This document shows positions 1 through 9,250 of a stretch of DNA of 64,000 nt, in pieces. Position numbers and translations under genes: made by a program. The notes below the pieces were generated by a model, which had not been told where the DNA came from, made no database searches, and saw nothing but the letters and a program-made list of their open reading frames with translations. This DNA comes from a virus, in IMG/VR virus record IMGVR_UViG_3300024346_000011; one strand, 5' to 3'. Every line of letters begins with the position of its first letter. The first letter of the stretch is position 1.

Positions 1-747
1 TTTTAAATCTTCAAAATAATTCTTTGCACCTTTACCTTCATTAACCACTGATTCAGCCAATCTCATCTCAAGCTTGTTTCTCTTAGCAATAAGCTTTTGA
101 ATCTCATCTTCAATCTTGTTTAGCTGATCGCCATATTCATCGGCAATTGGACCACCTTCAGCTTCAGCCTCTTCTTCCATATCGATTAGCATTTGACCTC
201 TATCAGAATAAAGATCTTTTAGATCTTGGCTAATATCCCATAGATCATCTTCAGCTTTTAGTCTCTCTTTACCGTAAAGTGGCTTACGCTTTGGTTTAGC
301 AAGCTCTTTTTCGCGCTTCATTTTAGCAGCTCTAAAAGCCATTAAAACAGGATCGTTAAGATCTGATTCTGTAATTAATGACTCGCTAAAAAATGCTTCA
401 AAAGTAGGAATAAATGATGTTTTCATTTCTTTAATTTCTTTTTCATCTTCGTCTTCTTCAGATTTTCTACCCTTTGGTATATCACCTGATCCAACTTCAG
501 TTTCGGTTGGGAATGAAATGTCTCCCATTCCTCCAATATTTGACGGTGTAATATTTTCAGCAACTTCAGGTAAACCTTTATGCGGAGTAGATGCAAAGTC
601 TTTAAGATCCTTTAGTGACATACCGTCAACCAACTCTTTAACTTTATCTCTATAAGCCGCATCAACGTCAGAAAGTTGCATATCGCCAGATTTTACGGCG
701 TATGCAACTCCCATTAAACGTTGTTGTGATTTACTAGTGCTTGGCAT
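1..747 (-). CDS. DUF3008-like N-terminal domain protein, putative internal head polyprotein (3' end runs off the window)
   Basis: Not in ORF track. ATG at 747 reads MPSTSKSQQRLMGVAYAVKSG...LKDFASTPHKGLPE (DUF3008-like); both ends translated by hand are open in the same frame down to base 1; internal MKTSFIPTFEAFFSE tag and ESVVNE site. Confidence 0.75.
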   Translation of the reverse strand, partial: MPSTSKSQQRLMGVAYAVKSGDMQLSDVDAAYRDKVKELVDGMSLKDLKDFASTPHKGLPEVAENITPSNIGGMGDISFPTETEVGSGDIPKGRKSEEDEDEKEIKEMKTSFIPTFEAFFSESLITESDLNDPVLMAFRAAKMKREKELAKPKRKPLYGKERLKAEDDLWDISQDLKDLYSDRGQMLIDMEEEAEAEGGPIADEYGDQLNKIEDEIQKLIAKRNKLEMRLAESVVNEGKGAKNYFEDLK

Positions 748-756
748 ATTTAAATA

Positions 757-1095
757 TTATTCTGCAGAAGCTTGAGCAGCTTTAGCAGCAGCTTGAACAA
801 CCTTAGTATATAATCCAAATACCTGGCCAATTGTCATACCATCTTTCCAAGTAGCTACAGTTTTATCACCTAAAACAATATCACTTCCGTCAAAATATAC
901 TTGTCTAGGTAATTTATCAGCACCTGACGCAATTTTGAAAAGTTTTTGAGTAGGATAATCACCTAAGTATCCAGAATATGAGAATTTGTTATCAGCATTA
1001 GCTTGAATATATTTCATTGCGTTTGCTGGTGAAATTTCTCTAGCTTCATTAACATTCGATTCTACGAATTGTTCAAATAATTTTACGTGTTTCAT
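757..1095 (-). CDS. tagged small protein, putative internal head protein
   Basis: Likely true start is the ATG at 1095 (MKHVKLFEQFVESNVNE) rather than 1149. Confidence 0.7.
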   Translation of the reverse strand: MKHVKLFEQFVESNVNEAREISPANAMKYIQANADNKFSYSGYLGDYPTQKLFKIASGADKLPRQVYFDGSDIVLGDKTVATWKDGMTIGQVFGLYTKVVQAAAKAAQASAE

Positions 1096-1142
1096 AATTT
1101 TGATTATTTTTTTTGTTTTTGATTTATTTAAATTAATTTTAA

Positions 1143-3158
1143 TTACCAAGCGTAATCCATATCTTTTACTTTCTTCACTTTATCAGAAACGTATTTAGCA
1201 TATTGCTTGGCTTCTCTTTCATAGTAGCCTGAAGAATAACCTCCTGCTTTTTCTTTCTCAACGTTTACCATGTGTGAAACATATCTATCATAATCGCTTA
1301 AGATACCTGACATCATATTAGATGCGTCAGTAAGTTTAATCTCTTGACCGCGGCTGTTTTGACCAATTTTAATTTCACCATATTTAGTCTTTTCACCTGA
1401 TTTAAGTGCATTAGAGATTTGCTTAGTTAATTCATTAATAGCATCTTCAACCATTTTATCTAATGGTAAGCTAGAAGCTTTAGTTGCTAAAATATCTCTA
1501 TATCTTTGTGTGTTTGCTTTCTTAAAGTCAGCTGCTGATGTGAACGCAATTGCACCAGATTTAGCATCAGATCTAGATTGAATAAGATCCCTTGAAGATT
1601 CACCACCTGTATTAATGTTAAATATAATTGCTCTATCAGCTAATTCAGCCGCTCTCTTGATTGAAGCAATACCTGATGCATCGTAACCTCTATATACTTT
1701 ATTTCCACCAACTGTGGTGCTGCCGTCTGATTTACCAAGAGTGTATTGGTTCTTTTTATTAACGTTAGGTGTTTTTGCATATCCCTTATAATCAACTCCT
1801 AAGAAATCTTTACCTCTTGAAAGAGCTAAAATACCAGGACTTAAAATTGGTTGTCTATAAGAAGATCGATCTGCATACGGATTTTCCTTTTCATTATCTA
1901 CAATATAGAATACTAAATAGTCTCTATTATTTGCATAAGTTTTGTATGCTGTATTTGCATCTGTATCAACTAATGCAGAATCTTCAATTTGATCAAGTTT
2001 GATTTTAGTTAAACCATAAATGGCAGATGCTAGATTCTTAGTACCGTACCAGTTTGCATCAACACCAGAATTTTTCATAGCCAATAAGTTTTGTAACTTA
2101 GAAGACTTAAATGCTTCATTTAATGGTCTGAATTCTTCAACAATTTGAATTGATTCTTCAATGTATTCTGCTAATTCCTCATCGCACCATCCATAATCAC
2201 AATCAGCTAATACATTTTCAAGATCTTTTCTCTTACCTTGCATTACAATGACTGGGTGACCTCCACCTGGACCGTCCATCATTTTATCAATGATAGTAAC
2301 CTTATGCTTCTTTAAGAATTTTAAGAAGTCTTTGTCATCTGGATCCATTGCGTCCATTTCAACAGTTGCTTCAAATAATTGCTCATTCTCTTCATTAACC
2401 ACTGATTCAAACGCTGGAACTAATTCTCTATCACCATAAACATCTACCATGTACCATTTCTTATCTGATTCATCGTATAAGTAAATATATTCAGCACCGC
2501 CGTCATTAGCAGCTAATTTAATAAACTTATCCATGTCTGATTTTTTACCAGCCATTGGAGCTCTACCATCATTGTAGAAGTTCATTTTATCAAGAGCATC
2601 TAATCCTGAGTTATCACCCTTTGCAATAACATCTTGAATTGCTTTTGCATTTTTATAATTCTTCTTAATTGTAGGAAGCATATGCTCTGGGTAAGAATCG
2701 TAGTGGGTATAAACTGACTGGATGTTACCTTTTTTGTCGATGATACCGAATTGACCTCTTGTACCTTCATTAATCATTTCAGTATTTTCATTCAATGAAC
2801 CAATGAATTCTGAGAATGATTCAAATACAAAGTTCTTTTTCATTTGATTATTTTCGTTTATTTTGATTTGATTTAAAATTCTTGCTCCAAATTTAGATAG
2901 GGTAATACCATCCTCAGAAACGTTAAAATATTTAGAGTTACGTCTCATCCATCTGGTAGAATCAGTAGAAAGCTCAGAAAGAATCTGATTAAATTCTTCT
3001 TGAGTCATTGAGCCATCAGCAATTGCTTCAAGCATTTTGTTTCTAATACGAGCCTCCTTACCTGCTGTAAGAGCTGGATAGTTTTCAGTGTAACGTCTTT
3101 TAAATGTTACTTTATTTTCATTTAATCTATTTGATTGATCAAAATGATTCTTTTCCAT
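1143..3158 (-). CDS. multi-domain putative internal head polyprotein
   Basis: 671 aa; internal tag MKKNFVFESFSEF; repeated LNE/INE/VNE junctions; contains a GTR...YTHYDSYP...EYIYLY phage domain. Confidence 0.65.
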   Translation of the reverse strand: MEKNHFDQSNRLNENKVTFKRRYTENYPALTAGKEARIRNKMLEAIADGSMTQEEFNQILSELSTDSTRWMRRNSKYFNVSEDGITLSKFGARILNQIKINENNQMKKNFVFESFSEFIGSLNENTEMINEGTRGQFGIIDKKGNIQSVYTHYDSYPEHMLPTIKKNYKNAKAIQDVIAKGDNSGLDALDKMNFYNDGRAPMAGKKSDMDKFIKLAANDGGAEYIYLYDESDKKWYMVDVYGDRELVPAFESVVNEENEQLFEATVEMDAMDPDDKDFLKFLKKHKVTIIDKMMDGPGGGHPVIVMQGKRKDLENVLADCDYGWCDEELAEYIEESIQIVEEFRPLNEAFKSSKLQNLLAMKNSGVDANWYGTKNLASAIYGLTKIKLDQIEDSALVDTDANTAYKTYANNRDYLVFYIVDNEKENPYADRSSYRQPILSPGILALSRGKDFLGVDYKGYAKTPNVNKKNQYTLGKSDGSTTVGGNKVYRGYDASGIASIKRAAELADRAIIFNINTGGESSRDLIQSRSDAKSGAIAFTSAADFKKANTQRYRDILATKASSLPLDKMVEDAINELTKQISNALKSGEKTKYGEIKIGQNSRGQEIKLTDASNMMSGILSDYDRYVSHMVNVEKEKAGGYSSGYYEREAKQYAKYVSDKVKKVKDMDYAW

Positions 3159-3186
3159 ATCTAAATTTTATATTATATTATTAGAT

Positions 3187-3194
3187 TATATATC
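3187..3194 (-). promoter_or_regulatory. class C putative late promoter GATATATA (representative copy)
   Basis: Recurs just upstream of starts at 10418, 14942, 16044, 27679, 33968, 42773, 53891, 54786 and 60467; AATATATA variants at 21754, 39042, 41218, 49557 and 59037. Confidence 0.65.
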
Positions 3195-4187
3195 TTACGC
3201 TTTAACCTTAACTTGAATACTTCCTCCAGTCCAAGATGAAATTAAAGTTTCACCAACATTGCTGGAAATATTGTCTTTAAATAATACTCCACCAAACTTT
3301 TTGCTAGAATTTGTTTGTACAAATACAAACTTTTCTTTAATTGAGCCAAAACCAGCAACTAAATCTCTTTCAATCTCAGAATAAGATTTTAATTGAATTT
3401 GATTCTGACCAGATATCATATTTTTAATAGCTTGAATGGTTTTATTATTTGAGATAGATCCAATTTGTTCTCCACCTGTTTTAGAAACAATTAATTCTCC
3501 TTCTGGGGAGAGTGACATACTAAAAGTTAATGGTGATGTTACAATTACTGGATCAAGATCCTTAACAATATTAAGGAATTTTGCGCCTTCATCTCTTGCA
3601 ACTTTATTCTGAATATCTTTACCTTCAGCTGTATTTGGATTTAATTCTGGTAAAATATCCTTTAAACCCATATACAGATTTTTCAACTCTTGTTTGGCAG
3701 TTTCAATAATTGATCTGTGCTTAGCACCAGTTCTCCAGCCGTAAAGATATCCATCCTTACTTGTCTTAACCTCTTTACATTCTGCTTGGTCTAAAATTCC
3801 ACCATTATCATTATAAAGCGTTAAATCAATATCAACTGAACCACCGCCAATACCGCAGTTTTCAATAATATAGGCCATCATAATTTCGCCGCGGCCAATA
3901 CCAACTACATCAGCTCCTAAATTAACTAGAGTAGTTGCTGCACCTTTATTACTAGAAAGAATCTTATTTACTTTAGCCATATTAGCTGAAGAAAAAGAAT
4001 CTAATTTAATTCTCTGGAATGGCGCTTTACCCTTAAATTCATTAGTATTAATTAAATTGTATAACATCTCCTTATCATTCTTATTAGAAGATTGGGCTAA
4101 TGCCATATAATTTCTTTGAGAGCTTTCATTAATCTGATTATTTAAAGCTCCTTCAAATCTGGTTCTGATGTCATTAAAATCTGCCAT
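3195..4187 (-). CDS. putative PD-(D/E)xK-like nuclease
   Basis: GRGE...GGGSVDIDL...AECK arrangement resembles D...(D/E)xK nuclease motifs; N-terminal QINE site. Confidence 0.4.
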   Translation of the reverse strand: MADFNDIRTRFEGALNNQINESSQRNYMALAQSSNKNDKEMLYNLINTNEFKGKAPFQRIKLDSFSSANMAKVNKILSSNKGAATTLVNLGADVVGIGRGEIMMAYIIENCGIGGGSVDIDLTLYNDNGGILDQAECKEVKTSKDGYLYGWRTGAKHRSIIETAKQELKNLYMGLKDILPELNPNTAEGKDIQNKVARDEGAKFLNIVKDLDPVIVTSPLTFSMSLSPEGELIVSKTGGEQIGSISNNKTIQAIKNMISGQNQIQLKSYSEIERDLVAGFGSIKEKFVFVQTNSSKKFGGVLFKDNISSNVGETLISSWTGGSIQVKVKA

Positions 4188-6070
4188 TATCCTTTTAATT
4201 TATTCATGAATTGTTCGAATGTCATTAAACCTTCTGGTTGTACTTTAGAAGCATTAACCACTGACATTGACTTTTCTAATTCTGATTTTAATGTTGGATA
4301 CATTTTATGTAATGCTTTAGGTGTCATTAATTTGAAAGACTTTTCGTCCCCATCTAACATTGCATTACGTACTTTAGTTGCTGAAATAGCTTCATCATCT
4401 CTTGGGATTTCATATAGAGCAAAATCAGATCTAACATTTAATTGATCCCTGTATGAATCGTTATTAACTTGGTATCCATAAGCCTGCATTCTATCAGTTC
4501 CTGTTCCCCATAGAACTGGCTCGTATTTTGGTCTTAGTGCATTAAACATCTGGTCAATTGCAGCACTTGGAAGAACAATGATCTCCTTTAAGAATTTATA
4601 CTGCTTCTGAACCTCTTTAAACATTTTGACCTGTAAATCTTCTGAGTATGGTCTTGAAAATTCATCACCTTTCTTTTGTGTCTTAGACTTAATTAAGAAT
4701 ACAATTACATCATGCCCATTTTGCTTGTGAATTGTCTCTAACACTTTAGCGTGGCCCAATGTAAACGGTTGGAAACGGCCAACAAAAATATTTACAGGCT
4801 CTTTGCCTTGCTCTGTGTGATTAACCTTTAGTGCCTCATTTAAATCCATACTCGATACAATTTTATTATGTAACATAAAATTATTGAAATCATAAATTGA
4901 GAGATTATCATTCATCTCCATTAGGACGACTCCATTAATTTTTTCAATTGTGCTATTTAAGTTTTCAATCATATCATCTGTTAAAATATCAGATGCTTTA
5001 GTACGCTTTTTTCTGAATGAACCTACTGTAATTTTAAATAGTTCAGAAAGAATTTCATTTGAAACGTACTTTAATGTTTTTTCATTCTTGATAAAATTAG
5101 TATTTAATCTAAATGAAGGTGCATGTGCAAAATCAGCACTTTCAAAATTAACACCAATATATTTAGAAGAATTCTTTTGAATATAATCGTTAAATACAAC
5201 TGACATTAACTCAATGTATCTTTCATCAGCCGATGATTCCATTAGTTGAATCTCAGAAAAATCGTATGTTGAAATATATTCTAATAAATCTGCAATTGTG
5301 ATTTGATAAATATGAGAACTCTCTCTATTTTCAATAACCAGCTGTCTTGCAAAATCTTCTAACTTGAATGAATGAATCTTCTTACCTTCTGCAAAGTTTA
5401 AAATAAGTCCATCAATCTCTTTTTCAAGATTCTCTTGTAACATTGATTTAGTTGCATTTGGATTAAAGATTCTATAAATCTCTTTAGTAAAAGAAACCAT
5501 TTTATCCGTTTCTTCTAAATAGTCATAATTGCTAGAGAATTCTTTTGAATTCATTTGCAATAATTTAACCAATTTATCTTTTTGTTGTGAATCCATAATA
5601 CCATCAAAAACCGGCTCTTGAGATTGAACATCAAGAATTTTAGCCCATTTTTTAATGATTACTGGATCAATGATAGTTTTCTTTGAATTACCGTTTTCAG
5701 TGATTTGTTGAATATGTGTAAGAATTAAATTATTATATGGTAATTCAGTATATTCGTAATTTGAAACTTTTAATTCTGGTAAATAATCAAAACCAAATTT
5801 AAAATCAATAGGCAATTTAGCTTTAGCTTCTGTTGATAAACTCTGCATGTGTTTAATAGCAACCTCATAAAGAGACATCATAGTACGATCTACCATTGTA
5901 AGCTTTTCTCCATTTGAAGATTTATAGAATTCGAACTTATCATTAATTCGACGAACATAAAAAGATGGTGCTGAAATTTTTTCAACAACCATTACTCTAT
6001 TATCAAGCATTCCTACGAATGTATTGATGTTGGTCTCTTCAAAATGTTGTTTTAATTTTTTAAGTGCCAT
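4187..6070 (-). CDS. N-terminal degenerate ligase-like domain fused to a HIGH-family nucleotidyltransferase (NMNAT/cytidylyltransferase-like)
   Basis: GRFQPFTLGH, GTDR and ISATKVR motifs in the C-terminal third; N-terminal VVEKISAPSF resembles a decayed EKxDG motif. Confidence 0.75.
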   Translation of the reverse strand: MALKKLKQHFEETNINTFVGMLDNRVMVVEKISAPSFYVRRINDKFEFYKSSNGEKLTMVDRTMMSLYEVAIKHMQSLSTEAKAKLPIDFKFGFDYLPELKVSNYEYTELPYNNLILTHIQQITENGNSKKTIIDPVIIKKWAKILDVQSQEPVFDGIMDSQQKDKLVKLLQMNSKEFSSNYDYLEETDKMVSFTKEIYRIFNPNATKSMLQENLEKEIDGLILNFAEGKKIHSFKLEDFARQLVIENRESSHIYQITIADLLEYISTYDFSEIQLMESSADERYIELMSVVFNDYIQKNSSKYIGVNFESADFAHAPSFRLNTNFIKNEKTLKYVSNEILSELFKITVGSFRKKRTKASDILTDDMIENLNSTIEKINGVVLMEMNDNLSIYDFNNFMLHNKIVSSMDLNEALKVNHTEQGKEPVNIFVGRFQPFTLGHAKVLETIHKQNGHDVIVFLIKSKTQKKGDEFSRPYSEDLQVKMFKEVQKQYKFLKEIIVLPSAAIDQMFNALRPKYEPVLWGTGTDRMQAYGYQVNNDSYRDQLNVRSDFALYEIPRDDEAISATKVRNAMLDGDEKSFKLMTPKALHKMYPTLKSELEKSMSVVNASKVQPEGLMTFEQFMNKLKG

Positions 6071-6071
6071 T

Positions 6072-7349
6072 TTATCTTCCGTATTTAATAATGCCCATTA
6101 ACTGATTAATAGCAGCAAATGTGCCTGTTAGTTTCATTACCTTACCTTTGTAACGGAATACTAAACCTTCAGTTGGAATGATAGATTCAACTCCACCAAT
6201 GCGCTCCAATCTTTCAAGTTCTGCCATTACTTTAGCAATTTGTTTCTCATCTCCACCTTTCTTAACCTTTTCAGCTTCAGTGCGGATTTGATTATGTAGT
6301 CTTTGCATCTCTTTATCAGGTGATGCAGCGACAAAATTACTTGCATTTTTAAGAATAATAGAACCTAATTCTAAGAATAAATCCTCAAAAGGTCTAATAT
6401 TCTCTTTATACAATTTGCCAGCATTCTTATCGAACTCCTTAACTTTAGCGGCTCCATCTTTGCCAATCTCTTTGTCAAGTGCTCGCATATTTAATGCTGT
6501 TTTATTATCATAAGCCCAACGTAATAACATTCCTTCTTTCATATCTTGTGGAACTGTTGGGAAATTCTTTTCAATTTGTTCTCTCCACCAAGCTTCATGA
6601 TACTTTGTTACCTCATCAGAGTCTGATAAATTATATCTATCTCTAAGAGTATCAACCTGTTTAATGAACTTTGCTTTGTTCTGATCAAAATTGATGTCTT
6701 TACCAATTTGAATAATCTGTGGAGGGATAACTGTAAATACGCTACCAATGTGTGCGTTTACTTGTGCTAATGCCGCTGGAATAGATTTTGCAGGTTTTGT
6801 ATCTTCACCTATAATATTGCCTTCGCCATCAGTTAATTTAATACCATGGAATTGAATCAAGTTTCTATCATAATGAATCACATTTGGATTCTTAGAGTAG
6901 ATCAATTCCATATTCATAAAGTTTTTACCATTACCAAATACTTCTAAATCTTTTGGAGAAAGTCTTGGTAAGGCAGCTGCTAAATCTTCAGCTGCTAAGT
7001 GGAATGTTTCTTCTACCATTTTAGAAGGGTGACCAGCGAACTTATCTTTAAAAGTTTGTAAGTTCATTGGGTTTTTTAATTCTGTCTTATTACGAGCAAA
7101 TTTAACCTCACCATCTTGAACAGTTGCAAATACATTTTGACCATCTGTCTTTTCAGTTGGATCTTCTTCAAATCTTAAATTGCCTTGTAAGCCGGCTTCA
7201 ATGATCTTTTTAAAATCGCCAAATGTCAAATCTTTTTCGTCAAATGGATGCGACATGTGGCCAGCTGCACCACCTTCCATAATCAGATCAGATTGTGGAG
7301 CCTCGTATCTTTCAACTAAAAACTGCTGGTATGTGAGTAATTTTTTCAT
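6072..7349 (-). CDS. ATP-dependent ligase/nucleotidyltransferase-like protein (GGAAGHMSHP phage family)
   Basis: TEKTDGQN (KxDG motif I), FARNK, EGLVF (motif IV) and MKLTG (motif V); N-terminal tag MKKLLTYQQFLVE. Confidence 0.65.
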   Translation of the reverse strand: MKKLLTYQQFLVERYEAPQSDLIMEGGAAGHMSHPFDEKDLTFGDFKKIIEAGLQGNLRFEEDPTEKTDGQNVFATVQDGEVKFARNKTELKNPMNLQTFKDKFAGHPSKMVEETFHLAAEDLAAALPRLSPKDLEVFGNGKNFMNMELIYSKNPNVIHYDRNLIQFHGIKLTDGEGNIIGEDTKPAKSIPAALAQVNAHIGSVFTVIPPQIIQIGKDINFDQNKAKFIKQVDTLRDRYNLSDSDEVTKYHEAWWREQIEKNFPTVPQDMKEGMLLRWAYDNKTALNMRALDKEIGKDGAAKVKEFDKNAGKLYKENIRPFEDLFLELGSIILKNASNFVAASPDKEMQRLHNQIRTEAEKVKKGGDEKQIAKVMAELERLERIGGVESIIPTEGLVFRYKGKVMKLTGTFAAINQLMGIIKYGR

Positions 7350-7840
7350 TATCTATAATTCTTTTTAAGCCACTCTTCGATGTGTTTTACAGTTGAATCA
7401 AATACTCTACTTCTGTTGTAATCCATACCAAAGTTTTTAAAGTATTCTTTAGCCTCATAATAAGCCGGTTCAACTTCTTCGTTATTATTAATTTTATCTT
7501 CAATGAATGAAATAATTTCTGAAGCATAATACTTTGCTTTCATATATAAGTTATCATACCCTCCGTTAAATACATCATAAAAATCTGAACCGTAAAACTT
7601 TTTAACATTTGGTCCAAATTTCTCCATGTTGGTCCAAGAACCGTCATTAAAGATAAGCCATAAATGTGCAAATGTTAATCTATTCTCATCGGCCAATCCA
7701 TAACGCTTCATCTTTTTAGCAGCTTGAATAACCTCAGCTGGAAAAGGTAATTTACCATTATCTTTCTCCCAACCAACAATATCGCGCTCTGTTACAAAGC
7801 GCTCGTTTAAGAATTGCTCAAATAGTTTAACGTATTTCAT
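7349..7840 (-). CDS. tagged hypothetical protein
   Basis: Starts MKYVKLFEQFLNE. Confidence 0.7.
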   Translation of the reverse strand: MKYVKLFEQFLNERFVTERDIVGWEKDNGKLPFPAEVIQAAKKMKRYGLADENRLTFAHLWLIFNDGSWTNMEKFGPNVKKFYGSDFYDVFNGGYDNLYMKAKYYASEIISFIEDKINNNEEVEPAYYEAKEYFKNFGMDYNRSRVFDSTVKHIEEWLKKNYR

Positions 7841-7853
7841 TTTGTTTTTGTTA

Positions 7854-8264
7854 TTATTTCTTAATCTTTGCTAGAGAGCCGTTTGTTTCTTCATACAGGA
7901 ATGAAAACTTAGACTTTGCATAAAGAGTTCCCATTGAGAATGATATTAATACGCCGTCTGGTTTTTTCATAGCAGTATTGTATGCATCTGTTGCAGCGGC
8001 CTCGTCGTCAAATATACCAATATATTGTTTTGAGCCAGCAGAACCAATTGTATATCCTGCTTCTAATCTAATTCTTTGACCATAAAAATCTGCAGAATTA
8101 TGAGCAAACACTAAGTATTTAGTCTCACCCTTTTCCGGTAGATTGTCGCTATGCTCACCGAATTCATTTCTAGAATTATAGTGATAAGAACCAAATTGAA
8201 TAGATTCATCTACTGGTATGTTATTGGCTTCTGTAAAACTTTCAAATGTTTTTATATTCTTCAT
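7854..8264 (-). CDS. tagged hypothetical protein
   Basis: Likely start ATG 8264, MKNIKTFESFTE; ATGA overlap with the upstream stop. Confidence 0.7.
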   Translation of the reverse strand: MKNIKTFESFTEANNIPVDESIQFGSYHYNSRNEFGEHSDNLPEKGETKYLVFAHNSADFYGQRIRLEAGYTIGSAGSKQYIGIFDDEAAATDAYNTAMKKPDGVLISFSMGTLYAKSKFSFLYEETNGSLAKIKK

Positions 8265-8566
8265 TTTGACCATGGATGATTTTTTGATACCATTTTAGCA
8301 CCGTGAATTAGACCAAGAACGTCTCTATCTCTTTCAGAGTGATAGATTCTGCCTTCATCGTGGAAGTACTTCCAGTGAGCCTCTTTTGACCCTTTACGAA
8401 TACCATAAGAAACATCCTCTTTCTTATCGTAGATCACCTGGTTATCCTTGTGTAATTCCTTGTATGCATTCATAAACTTATCAAGCTCATAGCCAACGAT
8501 GGTATTGTAGGTATTAAAAATACCTGCTTCGTTAACAAATTGCTCAAATAGTTTAACGTGTTTCAT
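8261..8566 (-). CDS. tagged hypothetical protein
   Basis: Starts MKHVKLFEQFVNE. Confidence 0.7.
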   Translation of the reverse strand: MKHVKLFEQFVNEAGIFNTYNTIVGYELDKFMNAYKELHKDNQVIYDKKEDVSYGIRKGSKEAHWKYFHDEGRIYHSERDRDVLGLIHGAKMVSKNHPWSK

Positions 8567-8568
8567 GA

Positions 8569-8889
8569 TTAGTCTAAATATCCGCCTTGATTGTGTACTT
8601 TATAACCCATTGGCTTTTTGTACTCGGATTTATAGTTTAATTTTAATTTCTTTAGGATCTTAGCTGCCTCTTTTTCGCCTCTGATGATTTTAATCACGTT
8701 CCAGTGTTCGTCCTCAGAGTAAGATCCTGGTTCATCGCCCTTTGGCGGGTTACCATTGCCTGATCTATAAAAATCAGCTGCATTTAAAGCTGAAACTGCT
8801 TTTCTATAATCTTGTGAATTATCAAAAGTGTATGAGTTATCCAGGTTTGCTTCGTTAATAAACTGCTCAAATAATTTTAAGTGTTTCAT
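8569..8889 (-). CDS. tagged hypothetical protein
   Basis: Starts MKHLKLFEQFINE. Confidence 0.7.
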   Translation of the reverse strand: MKHLKLFEQFINEANLDNSYTFDNSQDYRKAVSALNAADFYRSGNGNPPKGDEPGSYSEDEHWNVIKIIRGEKEAAKILKKLKLNYKSEYKKPMGYKVHNQGGYLD

Positions 8890-8891
8890 AA

Positions 8892-9191
8892 TTATTGAAT
8901 GTATGCGTTTAATTCGTATTTGTTTTTCATGCCATAAATCTGGATATGTAACATCTTCTTTTGTGGCTTGCCGTCTTTTGTTAGACCAATACTAGCTTTA
9001 TTAGTTACACCCTCCTTTGGCTTAGCTGGGCCAATTGAAATTTCATTCCAAATGTCGTCGTCATTAACCTCATAGCCTTTGGATTTTGCATACTCTAATG
9101 CTGCATCAACCGCAGATGAATATTGATTATGATAAATCTGATAATCAGACTTTTCATTTACAAACTGTTCGAATAACTTTGTATGTTTCAT
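8892..9191 (-). CDS. tagged hypothetical protein
   Basis: Starts MKHTKLFEQFVNE; body ends LHIQIY...YELNAY. Confidence 0.7.
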   Translation of the reverse strand: MKHTKLFEQFVNEKSDYQIYHNQYSSAVDAALEYAKSKGYEVNDDDIWNEISIGPAKPKEGVTNKASIGLTKDGKPQKKMLHIQIYGMKNKYELNAYIQ

Positions 9192-9194
9192 ATT

Positions 9195-9246
9195 GCTAAT
9201 ATAATAAAAAAACTTGACCCGGAAAAATCCAGGTCAAACTTTTTTC
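9195..9246 (-). promoter_or_regulatory. class A (early/host-sigma-like) promoter overlapping a terminator hairpin
   Basis: Minus strand AAAAAAGTTT...ATTTTTCCGGGTC-N11-TTATATTAGC; inverted repeat 9214-9223/9228-9237 followed by a T-tract. Confidence 0.55.
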
Positions 9247-9250
9247 TATT

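Noticed and set aside
7800-9191. Repeat-spacer-like periodicity suggesting a CRISPR array
   Set aside because: Repeats are degenerate coding 5' ends separated by 300-450 nt of ORF; no true array was seen in the window.
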